NCBI GenBank assembly: GCA_951406725.2
Contig: OX597828.1
Coordinates: forward strand, 58,404,001 to 58,468,000
DNA from: Octopus vulgaris
Lineage: Eukaryota
DNA length: 64,000 bases
Reading direction: 5' to 3'
The position numbers and the translations under genes were made by a program. Below the pieces are notes generated by a model. It did not search any database. It was not told the DNA's origin and was given only the letters and a program-made list of their open reading frames with translations. Shown one piece after another: positions 51,144-62,548 of the stretch. Within the stretch, counting starts at the first letter, position 1; each line of letters starts with the position of its first letter.

Positions 51144-51465
51144 AATTTAGAGGACTGACCACTAAAAGTGGACAGCCTATATGCTAAACATAGACGTCAA
51201 ATCACCACTACCACGAAGAATGTGTTCTCAAGAAAATTCTCAGCTAAAAACCAAAATGTAAAAATAAACAAGACAAATGAAAATATACGTAAATATTAAC
51301 AAGTGAAACCAATGGCACATAGGTATCGTTTTTTATTTCGTATTTTTTTACATTTTGGTTTTTAGCTGAGATTTTTCTTGAGAACATATTCTTTGTGGTA
51401 ATGGCGATTTGACATCTATGTTTAGCATATAGGCTGTCCACTTTTAGTGGTCAGTCCTCTAAATT
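51144..51465. mobile_element. Foldback MITE with ~120-bp inverted arms
   Basis: 51144-51264 is the reverse complement of 51345-51465 with about 6 mismatches; ~80-bp spacer. Confidence 0.9.
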
Positions 51466-51564
51466 TTGTATCTAACACAATTTTTAATCTTCGGATTTTT
51501 TAAAATATGCTAAGCCACTTGTTTTAATTAATTAATATCAATTTCTACCCTTATTATTTAATTT

Positions 51565-51605
<41 letters not shown>

Positions 51606-52138
51606 AAGAGTACAAGTTTGAATATTCTCCAAGCATAATTGAGCTGGTACATTTGTTTATATATATATATATATATAGTCATCACTAAAGTGACTGAGGG
51701 TGCTAGTAAGCACCAGCATTGCTAGAAATAAGAGTTAAAACAACGCTTAACCATGTGAGAACACTTTTCTAAGGGCTGACAAGGGAGACAGGTTCCTTCC
51801 CTATGACATGCGAAATAGCCATATCTGTGCTGATTTCAGATTTAATCAGTCTTCATCAGTGACCCATTACTCTGTCACCAACGGTTACTAGCACCAGCAT
51901 TTTGATGACTTTAGCGATAACTGTACTTCTTGCCCATCAGTTCTAAACTGCAAATAGCCACCTTAATACATATACATACATGTATATATTCCTGTAACAC
52001 ACACACGCACAGAGGGATGCTTACCTTGATGTTTTTTTTTTTTGTTGTTGTTAGTGCAGGTGTTTCTTTATAACATTTATCTGGGTTTTCTCTTTCCTGT
52101 TCTTTGAACTGGGTTTTCTTTTTTCCTGTTCTTTGAAG

Positions 52139-52386
52139 ACCCCCCTCGATGTCTCTAGCCAAGCAATCAGTTCAGCATCAACGGCAGGCGCATACTGATC
52201 CTGAATCCTCAGCAATAACTTCCCATCAGCAACCCAAGCAAGGGCCGCATCAGACATCACTCTACATCGCTCCACATTCAGAAACGTTACCATCAGACCA
52301 GCCATCACCATGTGAAAGTTACACCTCCACTACATCTCTGTCTTACTCAACTCCTACTGCTGTTATGATGGATAAAAAATGTGATG
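52139..52386 (+). CDS. OSBPL11: Exon 11, Ser/Thr/Gln-rich linker (PPSMSLAKQSVQHQ...AVMMDKKCD)
   Basis: Pyrimidine tract + aag, gtaagt donor, 248 nt open frame (ORF track 52149..), phase 2-1 fits exon 12. Confidence 0.8.
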
Positions 52387-54996
52387 GTAAGTGTGTTTCT
52401 TCTATGATTTCTGTAATGGTTATCGTTTGTCTACTCCTGCCATTGACTGCATTTAATTGTAATTCGTCAATTGTGGATGTTTAGGAAGTTAAAAAAAGAA
52501 AGAAAAAGAGGACATTCTAGTTGAATCTACACTTATAAGAGAAGTGAAACTCAATAAAGAATACAGGTAAAGAATACAGGTAAAATGCAATGATCACTTC
52601 ACCACTGGCACCCTAAAAGAAAAGGATTCACTTGCATGTGCATTCCTCTGTAATGCTGATGCATACCACCATGACTATGCATCTAGACATTAATTTGGTC
52701 CCTTAAGCATGGCATCAGTTGGATACTGCAGCAGACTTGTATTCAACGATGGCTTAAGACATTTGTAGAAAACACTCCCTGAAGGTGCCAGGCAGTGGGA
52801 TGGAACTCATAACCACATAAATGGAAGATAATGGAAGATAATATCTTTAATGTCTTTGTATTTGTTTTTGTAAGATTCCTGATGTGAAATCATGTGTTGA
52901 AACATGTTTTTACCAATTAAACACAGACACTATATCACTTGGTTTTCACAGAAAGACAGAATGGACTAAACAGAACAATAGGAGACACATGGGATTGTGA
53001 GTTGTTGAAGAGGTCACAGGAGGTGACAAAAGAACTTAGACAAAAGACGCTAAAATAATAATGATGATAATAATAAAGCTGAAGTGAATACCAAGTATAT
53101 AGTGTATGTGTGTGTGTGTGTGTCCTTGCCTAAACATCATAATGGCTGAAAATTAGCACCATTATCAAAGAAGGCAGGTTGTCCATGTCTAGCTATGGGG
53201 AAATATTACCTTACTTGGAAAAAGGTTAGAGTTGGCTATAGGAAGGGCATCAGGTTGTAAACAATCTCCCTCAGCAAATTCCAGCTGACCAATTCAGCCT
53301 GGAAAAGGGAACATTAAATGAAGAGGATATCTTTCATTTGAATAGTTTAAATGTTTGAGTTTTTGCAGTTGACATCAGAAATGTGTTATGTAGCTAAATA
53401 ATAATAATAATAAAGATAAAGCTGATGATAATTACTTGCACATGAGGCTGCCAGTTTTTAGAAGAGGACAAACAGATTTATGTCTGTTACCAGCTGTGAC
53501 TTCTATATGTAGGTGGACAGACATAGCGTTGGTCATTTTTGTTGCTCTCTTTTTTTTTTTATTATCTATGAGTGAATACTCTTCTTAACAGCTGATGTAG
53601 CAATGCTTAAAGGGTGGACTTCACACAGGTGCATGGTTAGAGCATTGGGCTCACAATCATGAGGTAGTCAGTTCAATTCATGGACAAGACGCTATTTCAC
53701 GTTGCTCCAGTTCACTCAGCTGTAGAAATGAGTTGTGACATCACTGGTGCCAAGCTGTATGAGCATTTATCTTTCCCTTGGATAACACTAACAGCAGGGA
53801 GAGGCGAGGCTGGTATGCATAGGTGATTGCTGGTCTTCCATCAACAACTTTGCTCGGACTTGTACCTCACAGGGTAACTTTCTAGGTGCAATCTCATGAT
53901 CTCAAAGGAGGTCTTTACTCTTACACAGTGTAATGGGTGCATTTTGTCATGGCAGCAGCATTAGTGGGGTTACCTTGTATCCTGTAAGACTAAAGATTTT
54001 TCACCATTAGTTTCTGTCCCTTCAAGTCAACGTCAGAAGAGTGACAACGGAAGGTGAAAGAAGTGAAGTATGAAGTGAGAAACAGGGACTGGGATGAAAG
54101 GGTGATGGTAGAGGAGAGGGGTGGGGATAGCAGTTCTATGTTTGGTAGAGAGAGAGAGAGATGGAAAGAGTAAGAGAAGTGATTTTTGTTCATAGAGATG
54201 AGTGATGGATGTTAATCACAAGTAACATGGATGGGATGGGGTGATGGGGGGGGGGGTTTAGCTGCACTGAAGAGTCAAAGTGGATGAATCAGTTATGGAC
54301 AACCTTAATGAACCGCTCATTACATATCATTTGTGTGGATGGTAGTGGGGGGGGGGGGAGCATTGAATATGAAAGGGCCCAGTGCCATCCTCTGTTAGAA
54401 GTGCACAGGGGCGGGTGACTGATAGAAAGAAGATTTCGGGGGTCAATTAAATAAGTACCAGTTATGCACTTGGGTCGATACAATGGACTTAATCCGTTTG
54501 TCTGTCCTTGTTTGTCCTCTCTGTGTTTAGCCCCTTCTGGGCAGTAAAGAAATAAGAAAGAAGAGATGGAGCAGTGATAGAATGGTAAAGGGTGTCTAAG
54601 AGGCTCATGAGAACAACAAATGGAAAACCAGAATGTGAAGGGCAACAGATTATCTTCCATTTGCATCACGTACTTCTGCTAACGCAGTCTCCACTTCTCT
54701 ACACTGCATTTGATCTCCTCTTCTAAACTGTTTCTCTCTCAGCTCATTTCTATGTTCTCATTCCTGCACACTAAACCTTACACATCAAGTGGAACATGCT
54801 TCCTTCATTTCTTTCCAACTTTTGCAAATCCTTTACATTCAGTGCCCATGTTTCACTACCCTGCAGCATCGCACTCTGTACCCAGTCATTGTACAATCTG
54901 CCTTTCACCCTAAAAGAGAAACCTTTTGTTGCTGTCGTAGGATTAAATCCTGTTAGGTTTAATGGCTTTAGTTTTCATAATCTTGTTACATTGTAG

Positions 54997-55130
54997 GATT
55001 CATTGATCACATGCAAGATGTTGAAGATGAAGAAGAATACAAGGACACAGAACTTGGTGCTGTTGAGGAACATAAAAGCATTATATTACATCTACTATCT
55101 CAACTAAAATTAGGAATGGATTTAACGAAG
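54997..55130 (+). CDS. OSBPL11: Exon 12, ORD start ([45 protein letters not shown])
   Basis: tgtag acceptor, gtcagt donor; highly conserved ORP9/10/11 lid region. Confidence 0.96.
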
Positions 55131-55170
55131 GTCAGTTAATTTACTAAATTTTTGCTTTTCTTTTTAGGAG

Positions 55171-56692
55171 TCATATAGTAGAATTGGTTCGACTGTGGCT
55201 TTGAAGATTTCAAGTTTGAAGTCTCTACTTAGATTTGATGACCAGATCTTATGCATGTCATTACAGGCTGACCAGGCCATACCCTTTCTAGTTAGAAAAT
55301 CTTTTCCAGATGATGATATGTATGACCCAAGATATTTGTAATCAGAAACCATATTTAAGGGCGCATTGTTGAGAGTATGGATGATGCAATCACTGTTGGA
55401 CAGGCACTTGTTTATATATTCAGTCTTGGCCTCATTGAGGTAAAGACCTACACAATTTGAGGCTTGTTCAAGAGATTGTAAAAGAGACTGGGCATTGGAG
55501 AGAGAATCACTGATAAGAGCGATGTCGTCAGCAAAGTCAGTGTCTGTCAAGTACTCAGCTGGGTGTCTGGAACTTCTTCTTGGTTTTATTTCAAAGCCCT
55601 TGCCAGAGATGGTATCAACTGACATATGTAGCACATAGTCAACGACAATGATGAAAAGAAATGGGGCGAGTGTGTCTCCCTGCAGTATTCCGGCTTTGAT
55701 TGAGAAAGATGATGTTTCTCCGTCAGGGGTTAAGATGGTTGAAGACGTATCTGTGTAGAGGACCTTGATGGCAGAAATGATTTTGTCTGGTATCCCATAG
55801 AGCTTAAGGATTTCAAACATCTTGTACCTATCTACAGAATCGAACGCTTTAGAAAAGTCTACAAATACCATTGCAAGATCGCGATTAAATGCTTTTGATT
55901 CTTCAATAAGTCTGCGTAGGCATAGTATCTGGCTCAGCATTGAGCGCCCATGTCTGAATCCATTTTGGTTCCTTCGGAGCAAAGGTTCAACAAAAAGGAC
56001 AAGACGATTTAGAATCAGTTTGTTGTACAGTTTTGCAGCAGTTGACATGAGAGATATACCCCTGTAGTTGGTGACGAGGGATAAATCGCATTTTTTAGGT
56101 ATTGGGATGATCTGAGATTGGTGCCAAATCTTTGGAGCGACAAAGGTGGAAAGTGGGTGGTTGCAAAGGTTGAGCAAAAGTGTGTGAAATCTATCATCCT
56201 TCCAAATTATAGCTGGGATGTTGTCGGGACCAAATGCTTTCGAGGCTTTTAGTTGCTTGGTGAATTGCTGAACAAATTCTGCTATATGGCTCAGAAACCT
56301 GGACGTTATCAAAGAAGCTTGAGAGGCGGTTGGATGGAACCTACACTCGCCTCCTTATGAGAACTCAAAATCTCTCGTGGAAGAGTCATCTAACCAAAAT
56401 GCAAATATATGGGAAACCACCACCCGTGTCATCTCTTGTGAAAGGTAGGAGAGTCCAGTTTGCTGGACATTGTTGTAGAGCTGAAAACGAGGTAATTTCT
56501 ACTCTCCTCCTCTGGAAGCCATCTGCTCGCGATACCAGAGGGCGCACACTCTCCTACCCTGATGTAATCTCCAGGGATACAGGCATCCAGCAACAGGACC
56601 TCCGTAATGCCATAATGGACTGTGAAGTCTGGCATAGCATAGTAAATTCCATTGTCTCGACCACGGTCGAACAATGATGATGATGATGATGA
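55171..56692. mobile_element. RTE-clade LINE, 5'-truncated with 5' inversion
   Basis: Minus-strand RT (NYRGISL, QNGFR, FVDFSKAFDSV, GILQGDTLAPFLF, FADDIAL, YLGS) at 55171-~56269; plus-strand continuation LLYGSETWTL...STTVEQ* + (TGA)n tail; TSD TTTTAGGAG. Confidence 0.93.
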
Positions 56693-58079
56693 TTTTAGGA
56701 GCTCTTTTAGATGAGAAGAAATCATTTGTGTATGTATTTGGTTAAAAGGCTTGCTTCCCAACCATGTAGTCTTGGGTTCAATCCAATTGTATGGCACCTT
56801 GAGCAAGTGTCTTCTACTCTAAGCCTCACGTCACCCAAAGCCTGTGACAGTGGAAACTGAACTGAAGGAAGCTTGTATGTGTGCATGTACACTTGTCTGG
56901 ACATCATATAATGTTTGTAAATGAGCTTCGTCATCATGCAAGCAAAATTGTTCATTTCCAGTCTCCCACGGAAAGTTTGTCTAGCTATGAGGGAAACATT
57001 ACCTTAGTTGGAAAGAGGTTGGAGGTTGGTGAGAGGAAGACTGTCTTCTTCCACTATCTTCCTACATTGACTGTAAAGTAATTGTTTTTACTTGATAATG
57101 TTCTCCTGCATTTTGTAAGAACTTGGCAATAGAGTGCGATTGAACTATATTCGTTAATGCATCACAAACTCATTCAAAAGATCCAGTCTTTGATGATACA
57201 ATCAGGCTTAACTTAAGAGGATTTAGCACTGCAAACTAAAGAATCACTCATCTATTATTTACAGTGGTGAATTATGACAGCCTGTGCTACCTTCTTACAG
57301 CCTAATGGACTGGGTCATTGAGCATTGAATACTTTGACCATGAATGACCAAACAGTGCTGGTGACAAGAGATGAATCGAGGTTACCCATTTGGTCAAATG
57401 TCCAATATTTTGTTCTGTAAGCAATGGGTGTCAGTTTTCTTGCCATCCAAATTGCAACTGAAACCTTGTAAAGATTTTTTCAGAGCTTTTGAGTCCGCCC
57501 ACCCCATAATTCCTCAACAAAAATGGATCCGTAATACTCCATTTTCTATGCCTCCTGTGTCATCTCCGTCTACAGTTGCCGTCAATGAAAACATCTTTGA
57601 TCTCTTTAACCTAAGAAGGTATTCTTTTAATTGTTTCAGTCATTTGACTGTGGCAATGCTGGAGCACTGCCTTAAAGAGTTTTTTTAGTCAAAGACCCCA
57701 GGACTTATTCTTTGTAAGCCTAGTATTTATTCTATTGGTCTTTTTTGCCAAACCACTAAGTTACAGAGACATAAGCAGACCAACATCAAATGCCAAGCAA
57801 TAGTGGGAGGACAAAGACAGTTTAAATGCTAAAGAGTTATTAAGTTTCTCTCTGCTACTGTCTAGGGCAATGGTTCTCAACCAGGATGGCCCCTGAGGGT
57901 CCATATAAGATTTTGTTGGGTTCACACAACAAAATAGTAAATTGGGGACCCACAGTAGTATTTCAAGTGCCCCTGAAAAAAATTTGCTTTGGATATATAA
58001 TTATTGATATGTATTGCTAGAAACCGATGGGTTTCTTTCTCTAATATTTTCCATAGTTCACTCACATAAATATATGCAT

Positions 58080-58113
<34 letters not shown>

Positions 58114-59093
58114 GTGATGGGCTTCTTTCAGTTTCTGTCTACCAAATTCACTCCAAAGGCTTTGGTTGGCCCAAGGCTGTAGCAGAAGACATGTGTCCAA
58201 GGTGCCATGCAGTGAGACTGAATCTGGAAGTTTTGTTGATATCCTTCCTGTTACCTTTAAACAGTGAACATCAGAACTAGTTCCTCCCCTCACTCGTCTC
58301 CTTAATATCCCTTTCTCTGCAAGATTATATTTCCACAAAAACCAAATGAGAGATTCTCTCATGGTAAATATTGCAGTACTGTGTGGTCTAACAGTACATC
58401 CACTTTTAAGTGGGGATAAATTTTTACCTTCTGGTATTAAAACTGCTTCTGTCTAAGTCCACTGGTTGTTAACAATACCAGTACCTGATTGGGCTCTGTG
58501 ATTCTATGTATGTTGCTAGTGGAATGGTTACAGGGCCAAAGAAGGCCGGAATCACATGACCTAGTAGTCCTGGCAGCATGGATGGCATTGATTATCTCCC
58601 ACTAGTGTTGTAAACAAAAGTGCTTATGTGCACCACAAAGCCATATGAGAGGTTCTCTTGTGGTAAACATCACAGGATTTTGTGTTCTAACACAACATCC
58701 ACTTTTAAGGGGTGATATAATTTTTTACCATTTGGGATTGATACTGTTTCTGTTGCCTCAGTTATTTTCCAGATAACAGTGTTTAACTTATCCTCAGAAC
58801 GACAAACTCTGACCTTATCAACTACTGTCTCATCCGGCCTCAATCTCAACAACATACCTGTGATGAGGCAGACCACTAGCATGGTTCCAAAGAGCCCAAA
58901 TCTACCTGAAGCTTGCTCTCCTACATCATATGCTATTGATTTCTCAGACTTTGAGAAATTTAATTTAAGCAGTGTTGTTTCCCTTGAAATCTGTGAATCC
59001 TCCAAGTACAGGTGTCCATTTATTGCTTATATCTCGGATCATCTGTTTTTTGTCAGACGGCGCCATTACAATGTATCAATTCTTGCTGCCTCT

Positions 59094-59493
59094 TCTCTTT
59101 ACTCTTTTACTTGTTTCAGTCATTTGACTGTGGCCATGCTGGAGCACTGCATTTAGTCGAGCAAATCGACCCCAGGACTTATTCTTTGTAAGCCCAGTAC
59201 TTATTCTATCGGTGTCTTTTGCCGAACCACTAAGTGACGGGGACGTAAACACGCCAGCATCAGTTGTCAAGCGATGTTGGGGGACAAACACATACACGCA
59301 CACATAAATATACATATATGTACATATATACGATGGGCTTCTTTCAGTTTCCGTCTGCCAAATCCACTCACAAGGAATTGATCGGCCCGGGGCTATAGCA
59401 GAAGACACTTGCCCAAGGTGCCACACAGTGGGACTGAACCCGGAACCATGTGGTTGGTTAGCAAGATACTTACCACACAGCCACTCCTGCACC
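59094..59493 (-). mobile_element. SINE family A, full length
   Basis: Reverse copy highly similar to 45001-45392. Confidence 0.9.
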
Positions 59494-60537
59494 TCTCTGT
59501 CACATTTCACTCTTCTGTAACCTTCAGCTTACAGCTGCTCTGCTACCTATATGTTAGAGAAGGAATCTGAGCCAATCATCAACCACACCAGATCACGTTT
59601 GATGGGTCGGATGGAATTTATTAAGACAGATTTTCTGTGGCTGGATGCTCTTCCTGTCTCCAACTCACATTTGTTTCCAAGCAAAGTAAAATAATATTTC
59701 TTCATGGCCAGACAGGTATCTTTTAGAAAAAAAAAAGACCAGAAATGATGGTAGTGCTCATTTGCAACCATCGCATTATGCTAAGGCAAGGGTTCATACA
59801 TGCACACGGATATCATCATTTAATGTCTGCTTTCCATGCAGGCATGAGTTGGATGGTTTGACAGGAGCTGGCCAGGTAGAAGACTACCCCTGGCTACTCT
59901 GTCTGTTTTGGCAGGGTTTTTATGACTGGATGCCCTTCCTTACCCCAGTCACTCCACAGAGCAGACTGAGTGCTCTTTACATGGTGCCAGCACAAGCGAG
60001 GTCAGTTTTGGCATGGTTTCTTTCAACTGGATTCCCTTCCAAATGCCAACCACTTAACGGATGCTTTTTAGGTGGATACAGCACCATTATAGCAAGACAC
60101 CTATTTCTGTGTCTCTGTCACACTCTAACCTTTCATCCTCAAATGCCCCCCTTCCCTCCCCTCTCATAATTCCTTGTCTTGCTAGTTACTTGGTGACCCT
60201 GCTAGTGCTGGGGCCACATGAAAAGCATCCAGTCCTCACCAGAAAGTAGTTGGCATTTGGAAAGGCATCCAGTTGTAAAAATCATGCCAAAACTAACCTC
60301 GCCTGTGCTAGTGCCATGTAAAAAGCACTGAGATCCACCCTGCAGGGTGGTTAGTGTTAGGAGACGACAGGGTGCAATTTGAGAGAAGTTTAACTGCTGA
60401 ATCTACTGAATTATCTGTGAACTTTATATCTTACTTTTTTTTATGCACACACTTAAGATATATATATATATATATATTTGTCTTCCTGTATAATTAGCTT
60501 TGGAAAATAATTTAAAATTGTATCTTTTAAATTACAG

Positions 60538-60623
60538 GTAGTCTTACCAACTTTCATTCTGGAAAAAAGGTCATTATTAGAAATGTTTGCTGACTGTATG
60601 GCACATCCACTGCTGTTTCTAAA
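60538..60623 (+). CDS. OSBPL11: Exon 13 ([29 protein letters not shown])
   Basis: tacag acceptor, gtaagt donor; LPTFILE motif of the phosphatidylserine/PI4P-exchanger ORP clade. Confidence 0.96.
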
Positions 60624-61117
60624 GTAAGTACTTCTGTCACACACACGCGCACACACACACATGTATACTTAGGCATACTTTAATGTTGTTAAATTTCAAA
60701 GTGGCCAGAGCAGATGGAAAGAACTGTTTGTAAATGAATTCAAAGTCTGGCAATCAAACTGTTGTTGCAAGTTTTACATAAAGAATAAAAAGTGTTGAAT
60801 GGTGCAACAATGCAGGAGGAGCAGGCGGAGCCGAACGAATGTTTTTAATGTGGAAATCTCCTGATCAGGAAAACATAGTCTTAGAATGTAAACCGAAGGA
60901 ATAAAAGTGTCTTCAAGGGTTTAATAGATATTGATTGAGAGTAAATGAAGTTAATCCTGAACCTTTCCTAGGAATGACGGAAGACAAGGATTTGTAAAAG
61001 TATTCTTTCTTGCAGAATATTTTCATTGAAGTAGTAATAAATGAGCCTGGAATGTTCTGAACATTTTTGTAACCCACACATTGTTCTTTTTTAATATTTA
61101 TTCCTTTTTATTGTCAG

Positions 61118-61199
61118 AATTCCTGACCTTGCAGATCCTGAACAAAGGATGCTTGCGGTAGTTGAGTGGTACCTAACGTCTTTCCATGCTGGCAGACAG
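61118..61199 (+). CDS. OSBPL11: Exon 14 (IPDLADPEQRMLAVVEWYLTSFHAGRQ)
   Basis: gtcag acceptor, gtaagg donor, phase 2-0; YLTSFH motif. Confidence 0.95.
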
Positions 61200-61416
61200 G
61201 TAAGGAAACTCTCCCTCACTCCCCCACTATCTCTCAACATACACACACACACACACACATATGATTGATTTTGATTTTGATTTTTGATTTTTGATTTTTC
61301 CAGTTTCAGCTAATGAGCTGTGGCCATGCTGGGGCACCGCCATTTGGTTTGCTACATGATTTTACCTCACGAATGCTTTTTAGCAACTGCCATTTGGTGC
61401 ATACATATGCATATAT

Positions 61417-61451
61417 ATATCTGACGAAGAGCTCTGCTCGAAACGTTAAAT
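61417..61451 (+). ncRNA. Minimal type I hammerhead ribozyme motif
   Basis: CTGACGA-A-GAGC-TCT-GCTC-GAAA-CGTT: intact core, perfect 4-bp stem II, palindromic ACGT stem III, GUU triplet; stem I 3/4 (ATAT/AAAT). Confidence 0.7.
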
Positions 61452-61536
61452 CCTCCTTCTTTCTTTCCTTTCCTGAGCGTCCAATAACACTATACTTGTT
61501 CCACGTCCTCACATTGTTGTGTTTTCATGTTTGGAT

Positions 61537-61594
<58 letters not shown>

Positions 61595-61818
61595 GACATA
61601 TGTTAATATTGAACAATGAGAATGAGTGCTCGACACTGCATTAGTGGATGAAGATTCTTGATTTTTTATTTATGGTTTAAGGCTACCATTAGTTTCATGT
61701 AAAGGGGAAGTCCCTCAACAATTGTCAAGCCTGTCACATGGAACTCCAGTGTTTGTCTTCATTTTGGTTTGGAACTACCCTTAACATGAAACCAATGGTA
61801 GCTTTAACCCATATATAA

Positions 61819-61851
<33 letters not shown>

Positions 61852-61981
61852 TCATGATTACTATTCAAAAATTATTAATTAATTTTCTAGATCAAGTAAC
61901 TATAACAAATTTTAATCCCAAATCTAATGTTGATTGCTTTAAAATTTCTGATCCTTTTATTTCTCTAAACCCCTTTTACAG

Positions 61982-62147
61982 GGTTCGGTTGCCAAGAAAC
62001 CATACAATCCAATTCGAGGAGAGACGTTTCATTGTTCCTGGAAATTTCCTAAGTCATCCGAGGGTCACACTGACAACGGTCTCAACACAGAACAAAATCA
62101 CTATCTATTAACCTATTGTGCTGAGCAAGTCTCCCACCATCCACCAA
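61982..62147 (+). CDS. OSBPL11: Exon 15 (GSVAKKPYNPIRGETFHCSW...YCAEQVSHHPP)
   Basis: tacag acceptor, gtaaga donor; OSBP signature EQVSHHPP. Confidence 0.97.
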
Positions 62148-62548
62148 GTAAGAACAGCTTTCTAATCAGATACTTTTGTTATTGTTGTTCCACCCTGATT
62201 GAGCAGACCTATCATCATCATCGTTTAACGTCCATTTTCCGTGCTAGCACGGGTTGGACAGTTCGACCGGGGTCTGAGAAGCCAGGAGGCTGCACCAGAC
62301 TCCAGTCTGGATGCCCTTCCTAATGCCAACCACTCCATGAGTGTAGTGTTTAAGGGTCTGTGGGCCTACAATGGTTTAACCCCTTAGCATTTAAACTGGC
62401 CATATTTGGTCCAAATATTCTTCCCACATTATGGTCACACTGGCCAGATCTGACCTCTTGCACCTATCCTACAATGTCATCTTCGAAATCTTGAAGTTAC
62501 ATGATAATGCACAATTAATTATTTATTCAAAATGTTATCTGGCCAGGG

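Noticed and set aside
52051-52311. Antisense ORF overlapping exon 11
   Set aside because: Shadow frame of a coding exon plus pyrimidine tract; no independent evidence.
55164-56312. 382-aa ORF as an intact or domesticated RT gene
   Set aside because: It is the inverted half of a truncated LINE. Its first ~15 codons are antisense read-through of the other half, its stop lies in the TSD, and it lacks the endonuclease.
61173-61194. Exon 14 sequence CTAACGTCTTTCCATGCTGGCA resembles the RTE 3'UTR repeat (TTAACGTCCGTTTTCCATGCTGGCA), suggesting exonisation
   Set aside because: It encodes the deeply conserved YLTSFHxGR motif, so the similarity is coincidental.
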